Positions 27,584 to 37,277 of a DNA stretch of 64,000 bases are shown here, piece by piece (positions within the stretch are counted from its first letter, which is position 1; the number at the start of each line of letters is the position of its first letter). The position numbers were made by a program, and so were the translations under genes. This DNA is from an uncultured Acidobacteriota bacterium (GTDB taxonomy: Bacteria > Acidobacteriota > Blastocatellia > RBC074). The stretch covers positions 192,001 through 256,000 of the forward strand of contig CAWCKY010000003.1 of assembly GCA_963796275.1 (NCBI GenBank), given 5' to 3'. The notes below the pieces were generated by a model. The model saw only the letters and a program-made list of their open reading frames with translations, was not told where the DNA came from and ran no database searches.

Positions 27584-28300
27584 TCAACAATTCCTAGCAG
27601 CCCTGTAACCTGCCTTCTCAGCCTCAGCTCTAGTTCGGAAGTATATCTTGTTACGCTCTGCTATTCGATGGTAAGAAGGACATCCCGGCCAATGATAGAT
27701 CATGCTGTTCTTGTTGCCGATGATTTTTTCGTCAACCTCCTGTGTTGGTTTGGGCTTTTGTGTAGCCTTGCTACCACCCTTTCTATAATCCCAAGGTGCA
27801 ATTGGCGACTTGTCGGCCCACAGTCCTGTTTTAGAAAGTCTGGCGTAGTTTTCGAGAACTTCATATTCTTTGGCTAAATCAAAGGCTAGTTCACTTGCAT
27901 ACTCTTTGTAAAACCAAGCCATACCACTAGTTAGTTGTTGAGAGGATGCACCTTGAATAGTACCCGTTTGATCAAAGTATAGTACCTCTCCCACAAGTCG
28001 CCCACCTCTGTCAGTTTTCTTTGAATGGACTGTTACATTTCTAGTGAAAACTTTGTCTGAAAGAGATTGCTTTGCTGCTTGGCCGAATGGTTGCCCAAGT
28101 TCAGGAGCATCTATTCCATCAAGGCGAATCTTGTGCTGCTGGTTATCTTTGTCGAGGATAGTGATAGTATCACCATCTGTAACGCCCACTACCTTGCCAG
28201 TGATCTTGCTTTCCCGTGCTATGGATATCAGACTGAAACTAAAGATCAATGAGAGTGCTATTCCCAGAATCTGTAACATTCTTTTATTCTTTTGATTCAT
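27584..28300 (-). CDS. Thermonuclease (SNase) with C-terminal Ada-like metal-binding domain, exported
   Basis: V.DGDTI, IRLDGIDAPE, GMAW, GLW..PWDYR; GNKNSMIYH.PGC...AEKAGYRAARNC. Confidence 0.9.
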   Translation of the reverse strand: MNQKNKRMLQILGIALSLIFSFSLISIARESKITGKVVGVTDGDTITILDKDNQQHKIRLDGIDAPELGQPFGQAAKQSLSDKVFTRNVTVHSKKTDRGGRLVGEVLYFDQTGTIQGASSQQLTSGMAWFYKEYASELAFDLAKEYEVLENYARLSKTGLWADKSPIAPWDYRKGGSKATQKPKPTQEVDEKIIGNKNSMIYHWPGCPSYHRIAERNKIYFRTRAEAEKAGYRAARNC

Positions 28301-28303
28301 ACC

Positions 28304-28564
28304 TTACTCCTTTGCAATTTCAACCGGCCCATCTATCGAGACTGATCCATTTACATCTACTTGACCATCCTGCACAAATACGACAGGTATAGATGAGACA
28401 ACAGCCTTTCTTGCTTCGTTATTTTTTGCATCTTTGATATCTCCAACTGTCGGCACCCTCTGTGATCTGATATCACGCAATATAGTCACTGCAGTCAGTA
28501 GCAATAAAATAACTGCTGCTTTATACACAATGTCTACTATTTTTAATGCATTCTCTCGATTCAT
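28304..28564 (-). CDS. Small membrane-anchored hypothetical protein
   Basis: One TM; coupled to the nuclease gene. Confidence 0.6.
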   Translation of the reverse strand: MNRENALKIVDIVYKAAVILLLLTAVTILRDIRSQRVPTVGDIKDAKNNEARKAVVSSIPVVFVQDGQVDVNGSVSIDGPVEIAKE

Positions 28565-28745
28565 ACCCCTACCCCTTGTGTAACGTAAAATTTAAAGTGA
28601 GGGATATATCCATCTCCCCACTTCTGGAAGAGCTATGCGACTAAACCATTTCTAATTCAGTTCATCTCCTCATCTGATCGCCCGAGCTTCTCCGTTAATG
28701 ATCGTGAGTCCCCATAGAGACAAATTTGCCTTCAATATCTCCAGC

Positions 28746-30364
28746 TCAATCGGGGAGATTCTCGCCTGTCCTCTCATAGGTCCTTTTGGCAGTCAGTAGG
28801 GAAGGAGAATTTATCCCCATCCTTTGTGTCATCTCGATGATGCTTAAGGCTGTGTGTGTGGCCTGATCGAGATCATTTTGAGATTCCTCTTCCTCCTCCA
28901 GCTCCTGGGTAGATTCCAGGTTTGCCCTTTCTATTTCAGCTATGCCCTCAATGTATGAAGAGGGCATAGCTGACTTTTTTTCCTTATAAATATATTTATT
29001 ATCTATAGTTTCTGAGCTTTGCCCATTGTCCATAGAAGGGCAAAGCGGATGGCAAAGCTGAACCACAGAATTATTAGAATCTCCCCCCTCCAGGTTTGAC
29101 CTTTCCAGTTTCAGGTTTGACCTTTTGTCTATTAAGGGCAAAGCTGGGAAGGTATGAGAAATAATAAGGTTAGGCTCTATTTTGTCTGAGCTTTGACCTT
29201 TGCCCCAAGGAAAGGCAAAGCTGGATTCATCAGGGCAAAGCTGAGATTCCCTCCCTGAATTATTAGAATCAGAGGAGACAATTTCTGTCTCCTCCATCTT
29301 CTCAGCCTTATCTCCCCGGCCCTTCTCAGGCAGGCTCCAATAGGTCCTAATGTCTTTGCCCTGGCCTTCCCATCTGATTAGCACACCTAGCTTGCCTCTT
29401 GCAGTCGTTAGTTGCTTCTCACTGATGCCCTCCCTTTTTGCAACTTCCTTGATATCAGATGAAGGCACTTCCCTCTTCTCCAACATTACTAGCAAAAGGG
29501 TAGTTGCATCAGCCTTCTCCGATCCCTCATCCTCATTCGGAATCTGATAAGCAAGGGCTTTCTCAAGACTGAACTGAGGGGGGACATCAGTCCATTTCAA
29601 TACCCCAACTCCATCATCGGTATCTTGAATCACATACCCAATGGGCCTAAGCTCATTACATATATTGCCCCCATTGTAGTGTAGGGCTCTCTCCTCCTGG
29701 TTATCGGGGTTAGTAACTGCAATGAATGCAGAACGTACTGCTGCTATGAAGTCGATAGATCCCTGGCCTCTGTACATAGCCTTCGAGCTATTACCCTTGT
29801 TGAGATGTCGAACAACTACAACAGCACAGTTGTATTTTGCTGCCAGTATTTGGAGTCTTTGCATCGGCTGTCTGACCTTGTTTGCCTGATTCATATCGAG
29901 ACTTCCCCCGACATACAAAGAAATTGGATCAAAGATGACCAGATCAGGTTTGACTTCAGAGATAGCTTTTTCGATGGAGAGGATGTTGACCTCATCCAGG
30001 GTTACATAGGTATCGATGATTCCTATGTTGTCCATATTGCCTTTAGATGCCTGAGCCGAGGTTTGATAACCTTTGAGCTATTGTTCTCCAATGAGAAGAT
30101 CAAAACCTTCCCCGGCCCTCTTTCAGTCCATCCAGGCAAAAGGTCATACCTGCCATTCGATACTGCCGAAGCCCAAGAGAAGGTGATCCAACTTTTTCCT
30201 GCCTTTGGGTCTCCGTCAATAATTGTTACTTCCCCAATAGGTACTCCGGGCATAAGCCAATCAAATTTTTCCTCCTCGATATCCTTCATCCATTTGATTG
30301 AGAGAGGTTTTGCATCGGTCTTTGTCTGAAATTTTGGGGTAGGTTTGGGAATTTTATTTGGCAT
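28746..30364 (-). CDS. AAA_25/RepA-like RecA-fold helicase, frameshifted near 30030
   Basis: Walker A GDPKAGKS (ORF 30023-30364); Walker B LVIFDP and HLNK..YRGQGS....AAVRS (ORF 28746-30035). Confidence 0.85.
28921..29270. repeat. Iteron-like cluster (GGGCAAAGCTG-type) around an AT-rich tract; putative origin
   Basis: About a dozen full or partial copies in both orientations; 14-bp inverted repeat 28936-28973; AT-rich 28975-29011. Confidence 0.7.
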
Positions 30365-30705
30365 AACTCACCCCCTCCTTGATTTCAAACTCCCCCAGAT
30401 TTGGATGGCTCTGATCATCAATATCCATAGGGGTGGAGAGATCATCACTGGCTGTGCTATAATCCCCCCAGTTTAGATTTTCATTTATTGTTGGCAGCTT
30501 CGGAATCATCATCTCGGGGCTGCCTTTTCGTTTGTCCATACAATTTCTCCTTCTCGAAATTATTTTTAAATGGATGGCCCCATCAGCCAACCTTTTTAAG
30601 CTACTGCAAAATTCGATCAAAAGTCTCGATTGCTCTCTTCCCTTGTGCCAGAGCCTTCTCGATTTCATTCCTCAATTGTCTGTCGCTCATATGATCCCTC
30701 CTTTT

Positions 30706-30885
30706 TCAGGCTGCCCTCTTCTCACACCTCGACAGGAAGTCTTGAAGGTGCCTCTCGCTATACTTGACCTTGCCACAGACCTTGAAAAATCCTATGGCTC
30801 CTTTCTTTCTCAAACGATAGAGGGTGATTCGGTTTTTGAATCCCAAAATCACAGTTGCCTCTCGCTCTGTAAAAGTTTTCTCCAC
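30706..30885 (-). CDS. 59-aa AlpA/excisionase-like HTH protein (not in ORF track)
   Basis: GAGGAGG RBS and GTG; MEKTFTEREATVILGFKNRITLYRLRKKGAIGFFKVCGKVKYSERHLQDFLSRCEKRAA. Confidence 0.8.
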   Translation of the reverse strand: MEKTFTEREATVILGFKNRITLYRLRKKGAIGFFKVCGKVKYSERHLQDFLSRCEKRAA

Positions 30886-31287
30886 TTCTTCCTCCTCTCT
30901 AAAAGTATCTCTTGACTAAAAGTAACATCTAAGCTACTGTCCCTGCTACACTTTATACACCTTAAAGATACTGTGTGTTTCTGTCAAGTTACCCAATGTT
31001 ACATCTTTAATCTGATTTAATGACCTCCAGAAGCCCTATAAACAAAGCCTCTCACGATGGTAGGCTACTCCCAAAAATAAAAAGAGGGAGCCAGACAAAT
31101 CCAGCTCTCTCAAAAATGACAGATGGCTAAATAACAGAGAGACAGGGGGATGAGAGATGCATCAAGAGGAAAGCTGAGCAGGAAAAGAGAGAAGTCAAGG
31201 GAGGAGTTGGAGGACCTTTGGAGACAAAATATACTTAAGGCATTAGGGGCGAGCCTTCTCGATCCTCTGTAGGCACACACATAGATA

Positions 31288-32049
31288 TTATCTAGACTCT
31301 TTTCTTCGACTCATGAATTGAATGAGGTCCCGGACAGCTTGGTCTGCTAATGCGTCTGTCGCAACCTCAGCAGCTCGAATGCGTTTGACTTCAACACCCT
31401 CCACTGTGAGAGGAACGAGTCGCTTGTCAGCTTCGGCAGGCAGTTCTTTGTGAAAAGTATCGCCATCAACTTCGACAACGAAGGTCAAGCCCTTATATAC
31501 AATAATGAAGTCTGGCTCTAAGCGATTGTATCTATTGCCGATCCGTACAAACACAGGAAGTGGTGCGACAGCAAGTTGAGCACGGGTCATAGCCTCAAAC
31601 AATGTTATCTCTGCCTTCGACCGAAAGAGTAGCCCACGGTGCTGCTGAGAAGCAATGTTGTCGCTTCTAACTCTTCCCTGGTTGGTGACACCTTCACCTT
31701 TGACAAAGCGTATCGCTTCTTCTCTCCAAGTTTCAGTTGCTGAACTCACCTTTGGGGAAATCACAACTAACTTGAGGTCATCGTTAGAGGTAGACACGAA
31801 GAAGGGCCTTGCTACATCCTTTATTGAATCCTCAGTCGAACTACGTTCCTCTTCGGAGAGAGCGTAGAAGATGTGGACGGGCAATGAGATGTATAGAGTC
31901 CAATAGGCAACATCAAAATCATTTTCGTAGAATGAGAACCAGCAATCTCCTTCAACAACTGCCGTAATCGCCCTAGCATCTCCCCTCATCTTCAGCCCTT
32001 CAGTGAGGGATGCAAGAAAATCTTCGATTGGGAATGGCCCCTCATTCAT
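31288..32049 (-). CDS. Vsr/DUF559-like PD-(D/E)XK nuclease with uncharacterised N-terminal domain
   Basis: FRSKAE...EPDF......VVEVDG..FH. Confidence 0.7.
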   Translation of the reverse strand: MNEGPFPIEDFLASLTEGLKMRGDARAITAVVEGDCWFSFYENDFDVAYWTLYISLPVHIFYALSEEERSSTEDSIKDVARPFFVSTSNDDLKLVVISPKVSSATETWREEAIRFVKGEGVTNQGRVRSDNIASQQHRGLLFRSKAEITLFEAMTRAQLAVAPLPVFVRIGNRYNRLEPDFIIVYKGLTFVVEVDGDTFHKELPAEADKRLVPLTVEGVEVKRIRAAEVATDALADQAVRDLIQFMSRRKESR

Positions 32050-32203
32050 AATCATATCCTCTCGATTAACATGCTGAATCCGGCTCTTAGGGAGGCTCAA
32101 CTACGTGAATAATCCCTCTTCGATCTGAAACCCTCGAACCTGGATTCCAGATTTAGAAGACCTATATCTTATCCAGTTAGGCTATAGGGCCTTCGTTATA
32201 ATA

Positions 32204-32986
32204 TTAAAAACACTTGTTGATCTTACAGAAGTCTTTTGTATCGTTGATCACTTGTTTAGAGAATTTAGTTATTACCTTTCTGTTATTCTCATATATAGTG
32301 AATCTAGGATAACAAACTCTATAAATCATCCCACCTTCTTTAGTTGCTACTTTTTCAAAATTATAGTTTTCCCCACCTGATGAAGAGCCTGAATATATAG
32401 TCGGTCTTATACAATATGGAAAGTAAGTGCACTTCTGTTTATCTCCCTCTCCTTCACACCTTTGATCTACTATAGGGATATTCACCCAGTTATCTCCATC
32501 AGTAAGGGACATTGTAAATATCAATTTAATGGGCTTATCTAGTGATGGGTCCGTAGTTGGAGTAACAGATGGAGTTGATGTCGGAATGGGAGATGATGAT
32601 GTTGTTGTTGGGGGTTCAGAGGATTTAGGAGATATTGCTACTATGAAGACTACAAAGCCAAAAATAAGCAAAGAAACAATAAGCAAACCTCTAAATCCAT
32701 AATCTTTAGTACTCTCACTCTTAGATGAAGCTTTAGGAGAAGGCTGTGGTGACGATTGAGGTGGCTGTGGAGGTGGAGGTGGAGGTGGAGGTGGAGTTCT
32801 ATTTCCCCTCTCTGCCTGATCTCCCATTGCCACCTCATATGCCTCATTCAGGAGTTTCATCATCAGCTCTGATCCACCTGAATCTGGATGACACCTCTTT
32901 GCTAAATCTTTATATCGACCTTTGATTTGTTCCTTGCTGGCTGAAACGGGAAGTCCCAAATATTCAAACGCTTCAGATATCTTCAT
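32204..32986 (-). CDS. J-domain (DnaJ-like) membrane protein
   Basis: YLGL...IKGRYKDLAKRCHPD..G...LLNEAYE; poly-Pro linker, TM, Cys-containing C-terminal domain. Confidence 0.85.
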   Translation of the reverse strand: MKISEAFEYLGLPVSASKEQIKGRYKDLAKRCHPDSGGSELMMKLLNEAYEVAMGDQAERGNRTPPPPPPPPPQPPQSSPQPSPKASSKSESTKDYGFRGLLIVSLLIFGFVVFIVAISPKSSEPPTTTSSSPIPTSTPSVTPTTDPSLDKPIKLIFTMSLTDGDNWVNIPIVDQRCEGEGDKQKCTYFPYCIRPTIYSGSSSGGENYNFEKVATKEGGMIYRVCYPRFTIYENNRKVITKFSKQVINDTKDFCKINKCF

Positions 32987-33513
32987 AAGTCCACCTATCT
33001 CTTCCTATCCACCCATCCATGACTTCTAGACAGCCAAAAGTGTCTCTTTCAGTTTCGTATAGAAAGTGTATCTAAGGCTCATGGGGGAGAATGTCCTTCT
33101 TGATCAGATTTAACCATTTGAGGGACCCGTTCTGAGGAGGTCCTGGGCCAGATTCTACGAGATCCCTGACTAATGGCCAAGAGTTTTTGGATCAGTAGGA
33201 GGGACCCAATCCCCATCTTCAATCTCCCCAACAGGCGAGGACTGACGACAAGCATCAGAGAGAGGAAATCTCTCACAAATCATTGCATCACCCCTGGACT
33301 CGCTCTATACTCTGCCACGTTCGGCTATTCGCAGTCATAAATCATCCTTTATCACACAGGAGAGAGCACAAAATGTAGGCTCGGTAGAAATTTGCCATAG
33401 ACCTAAAAGGAACAACCAATCGCTCGTACAGAACCACACAAGTTTGATCTATATGTCTCAGCGAAGTAGAACTTCATCAAAGCTGTCTAAGTCGCTATGC
33501 AGTTCTAGGGAGG

Positions 33514-33813
33514 GTGCAAGGTCGTATGCCGAAAAACGAGGATGCAGACGTAGAGCTGGCAAAGAAAATTGCACAGGTTGCACAAATTAGACGCAAAGCG
33601 AAGTTGGATTCTATCAAGGATTACATAGGCTTCGTTGTTAGCCAATTGTTCGGCTTGATTTCCCTGATAGCTGGGATAATTGGGGCATTTGTTCCATCTA
33701 TACTACCTTTTAAGATCAGTAATCCGACAACATATATTGGGATAGGATTAGGGGTATTAGTAGGAAAAAGTATAGTCACAACCATTGCTAAAGTGGCAAA
33801 CGTCTTAAAATAA
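33514..33813 (+). CDS. Small 2-TM membrane protein
   Basis: Two hydrophobic helices; TAATG coupling to the next gene. Confidence 0.65.
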   Translation: MQGRMPKNEDADVELAKKIAQVAQIRRKAKLDSIKDYIGFVVSQLFGLISLIAGIIGAFVPSILPFKISNPTTYIGIGLGVLVGKSIVTTIAKVANVLK

Positions 33814-34868
33814 TGATCAACATTACTTTTTCGTTATTAGCCTTGAGCATAGTGGGAGTAGTCATCCTCCTTATCTGCAAGGGATTAGGCCGTCCGATAA
33901 ACAGTGGTTATCTGCTTGCCCGTGGATTCTTTCTTATTTTTGGGATGGGTATTTTACTGTTAGGTATATGCTTTCATTTGAAGTCATGGCCGTATGCCAC
34001 ATTTTTCAGTGCCCTTTTCGGTGTGCTTGGTGCTCAAATCGGTCTCTGGTCTATAGGTATAAGTGGAGAAATACTTGGCAATCGGCCTCAAACAGACGAG
34101 TTCGGAGAATTCAGCCTCGGTCTGAATACGATTGGTCTGTCTAACTCTGCTCTGCAGTTTGCCAATATTGTTCTTGTTACCATTATGTCTGTGAGCCTCT
34201 TGTATTTTTACTCTCCTTGGTTAGCAGAGTTTGTATTTAACAAGAAACTCGACTCAATCGGCTTTATACAACAAGTCCATGCTGAGACTAAGCTCCCAGA
34301 AAAACCTACATGGGTGACAGAAACAGTAAAATCCACCGACAGGTTCGGCAAGGAGATAGAGGTTGAGATAGGGATCCTTTGGGACCCTTATAGATGGGTT
34401 AAAGGAAGTACAGAGGATGTATCAATCGATGATGCTGAAAAAGTTAAATTCTCCATTGGAGATGTCATCAGAAATTTTCAGAACAGTGAGAACAGACCTA
34501 TCATTGCTGTGGGGACTGCATCTCACGAAAATGCTGTGGAGAATCCTGAACAAGAGACTAATCGTGCCCAAGCGAGGGCAGATAGGTTAGTCACATTATG
34601 TGGAGAACATTTTATAAATCTCCCTCACATTTATAGTTTAAATCTTGGGGCATTCAAGACAGACCGAAGTTATTCGGTCTTTTCAGCCTCAGAACGTAGA
34701 GTTATTTTACTGGTCATAAAGAAAGGTGAAGATAGCTTAGATTTAACATCTGGGGTAAAAAACGCTCTGATTAAAGCTAAAGTGGAGCAGGGTTTTATTT
34801 TCGATGCAAGAGACTATTCCTTGTTTGATACTACCAGGTTTCAAGTGGTGCAAAGGCTTAATTTTTAG
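33813..34868 (+). CDS. Multi-TM protein with divergent OmpA/MotB-like C-terminal domain
   Basis: About 4 TMs, then AVGTASHE...NRAQARADRL...ERRVIL. Confidence 0.6.
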   Translation: MINITFSLLALSIVGVVILLICKGLGRPINSGYLLARGFFLIFGMGILLLGICFHLKSWPYATFFSALFGVLGAQIGLWSIGISGEILGNRPQTDEFGEFSLGLNTIGLSNSALQFANIVLVTIMSVSLLYFYSPWLAEFVFNKKLDSIGFIQQVHAETKLPEKPTWVTETVKSTDRFGKEIEVEIGILWDPYRWVKGSTEDVSIDDAEKVKFSIGDVIRNFQNSENRPIIAVGTASHENAVENPEQETNRAQARADRLVTLCGEHFINLPHIYSLNLGAFKTDRSYSVFSASERRVILLVIKKGEDSLDLTSGVKNALIKAKVEQGFIFDARDYSLFDTTRFQVVQRLNF

Positions 34869-34935
34869 AAGATGTAGCCTCACATCTCAAAGACCTCATA
34901 TAGAATACACCGATGTGGCAGAGGACTAACCGTTT

Positions 34936-35694
34936 ATGAGTGAAGGAGAATTCATTGCAAGAATAGATAGATCCCCTCGTGGCTGGTATGGGAATGTAAT
35001 TTTCGAAATACGCTTATTGTATGGGTACGTTGAAAGTGTTGAACATCAGATTGATGAATCGATAAACAGGCTCCATCGAGCGAAACAGACCGAGATAATT
35101 GAGTATGAGGACGGTTCGGCATCTATAATCACTTCATATCACGGGATTGATGATTTTACCTATCATCTTGATACGATATTCAAGGAATACTTCCCCAATC
35201 TTCAACGTAGGAGTGCCTTGATAACACTCTTCTCCTTCTTTGAACATCAGCTTGATGATCTATGTATAAGGTTCTCCAATATAGGCAAGGTTGCCGTCAA
35301 ATTTGATGTTTTCCAATGTAAAGATACAGGAATTGACCGTTCGACTAAGTATATAAAGGAGGTGGTAGGTCTCACCTTAGATCATGGCAGAGGCCCCTGG
35401 AATGAGATCAAAAATATTCAAAGCATTCGAAATATCCTTGTACACAACGATGGCAAGCTAAAAGATGAGGATAAGGATAAGGATAAAGTCACGAAGAAAG
35501 ATAAAGTCAATGAAGCCACGAAGAAATATGCCTGCAAACATGGCCTTCTATCACTTCTACCGGGAGAATGTGAGGGTACATATGAAATCGGAGAGGAGAT
35601 AAAAATCAATGAAGCCTATTTGCCTCATGTTATCAGTACGTTTGCTCACTATTTCAAAGAGATCGACCAGCTCATTTCCCATCCCAATAAATAA
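34936..35694 (+). CDS. HEPN-superfamily protein (putative RNase)
   Basis: RRSALITLFSFFEHQL...IRNILVHNDG. Confidence 0.75.
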   Translation: MSEGEFIARIDRSPRGWYGNVIFEIRLLYGYVESVEHQIDESINRLHRAKQTEIIEYEDGSASIITSYHGIDDFTYHLDTIFKEYFPNLQRRSALITLFSFFEHQLDDLCIRFSNIGKVAVKFDVFQCKDTGIDRSTKYIKEVVGLTLDHGRGPWNEIKNIQSIRNILVHNDGKLKDEDKDKDKVTKKDKVNEATKKYACKHGLLSLLPGECEGTYEIGEEIKINEAYLPHVISTFAHYFKEIDQLISHPNK

Positions 35695-36008
35695 AAAGAG
35701 GGAGTGATATCCAATCTCTACTCCCCCCTAAAGTGACCGATGATGAGATTGATTTATCTTCTCCCTCTCTTCCTCTTTGCTCTCCTACTCTTATGTGAGA
35801 CTTTTACGATCTGCTCCTTTGTGGTCTCTCCGTCCTCCTTCTGAATCTCCTGGCCCAGAAAATATCCCTCTCGATCCCCTCTCTGAGAGATCATGAAAAG
35901 TTGATGATGATGATTTTCGAACATTCATGTGATGATCAAAGATTTTCCTGTTCATCCTTTCCTCCTTATTCGTTAGTTGATAAAATTTGATTCTGGGTCT
36001 GACTCTTG

Positions 36009-37136
36009 TTAGATCGATTCTCCCCTCTGGCCTCTCCCCTCTTCCTGTCTATTCAAAAGGCTCCTGGCCTTGTCTATCGTCAGATGAGTAGTGTTGATAT
36101 AGATTCTGAAAAGTGTGTTGATATCTGCATGACCACTGATCTTGGCTATCTCCTCCAGTGGCATCCCCTGAGCGAGCAGACGGGTACAGAAGGAATGTCT
36201 AAGGTCATGAAACTGGAGATCCCCCAATCCTGCCTCATCAACTGTAGATCCCCAACTTTTTTGAATGGTAGTGATATTGAAGACGGACTCTCTATCTGGA
36301 TATTTTTGTCTCAGCCCTTCCAGCTCTATCATCAACCTCTCACTGATGGGAATCGTCCTTGCCTCATTGGTCTTTGTCATTATGGCCCTGAGATTGATTT
36401 GACGGCCATCCATATCCACATCCCTCCACTGAAGCGAGAGCAACTCACCCAATCTCATCCCCGTGTCGATAGCAGCTATGATAATTGGTCTGATGTGTAC
36501 TCGCTTCCCATTAAGAGAGGCAGTTAAAAGTTTTGTCTCCTCCTCATCAGTGATGACTCTCTTCCGTCTGGTCTCTGCTGACTTGAGAATTATGGGGCTG
36601 GTAGCATTCTCAAAAGGACTCTTCTCTATCCACCCTCTACTGACGGCAAATCTCATCATCGCCTGAAGGACTTCAAGCTCACGGTTCACAGCACTGATGC
36701 TCCTCTCCCTATCGTATTGGGTCTTTGTCCTGAGCCTGATCGATTTGAAAGTCTCGATATCACCTATGGTGACCTCCTTCAGCCTCATCGAGCCGAAGTA
36801 ATCCACTAGGGCATCTATCCTGATCTTGACTGTCCTTGCCGATCTGAGACCAGATATCTTCTTATCGTTACGATATTCAGGCCCCTTGACTTTATCCTCG
36901 ATATATTTTTCAGAGAGTTTCTTGAAGGTGACTTTATCTGTATCGATTTTCTCTATCTGCTTGGGGTTCTCAAACTTCTTTCCCATAGCCTTCAATAGCT
37001 CTCTGGCTTCGGGCTTAGTCGGGGCAGACTCCTTGTGACTTCTCCTTTTGCCTGTCCGATCAGTGAAGGTGATTCTCGCTATCCACTTTCCATTTCTCTT
37101 GTCTCTGTACAAATATCCCTTGCCTCTGTTTGCCAT
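36009..37136 (-). CDS. int: Tyrosine recombinase/integrase with N-terminal arm-binding-like region
   Basis: TGMRLGE, TKT, FHDLRH, SGH, RIY catalytic residues; GGAGG RBS before ATG37136. Confidence 0.96.
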   Translation of the reverse strand: MANRGKGYLYRDKRNGKWIARITFTDRTGKRRSHKESAPTKPEARELLKAMGKKFENPKQIEKIDTDKVTFKKLSEKYIEDKVKGPEYRNDKKISGLRSARTVKIRIDALVDYFGSMRLKEVTIGDIETFKSIRLRTKTQYDRERSISAVNRELEVLQAMMRFAVSRGWIEKSPFENATSPIILKSAETRRKRVITDEEETKLLTASLNGKRVHIRPIIIAAIDTGMRLGELLSLQWRDVDMDGRQINLRAIMTKTNEARTIPISERLMIELEGLRQKYPDRESVFNITTIQKSWGSTVDEAGLGDLQFHDLRHSFCTRLLAQGMPLEEIAKISGHADINTLFRIYINTTHLTIDKARSLLNRQEEGRGQRGESI

Positions 37137-37154
37137 ATTCAAGTCCTCCATCTG

Positions 37155-37174
37155 GGTACACACTTGGGTACACC
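37155..37174 (+). promoter_or_regulatory. Putative integrase arm-type sites, right
   Basis: GGTACACA-CTTG-GGTACACC, 12-bp period as at the left end. Confidence 0.7.
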
Positions 37175-37277
37175 CAAATTGAATTGATTGATTGAAATGA
37201 CAGACTGAGATTTAAATTAGAGATTTGATTGAATGGCTGAGAGAGCCTTCTAGAGGGGCTTTTTAGAGAGATGTTTA

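Noticed and set aside
30020-30040. Programmed frameshift in the helicase
   Set aside because: No clear slippery heptamer or stimulatory structure, and indel errors are common in this window.
32755-32800. GGAGGT tandem repeat
   Set aside because: Encodes the poly-Pro linker of the J-domain protein.
33514-34868. Zorya ZorA/ZorB
   Set aside because: First protein is only 99 aa with no long tail, the second has several TMs, and no ZorC/D/E is present.
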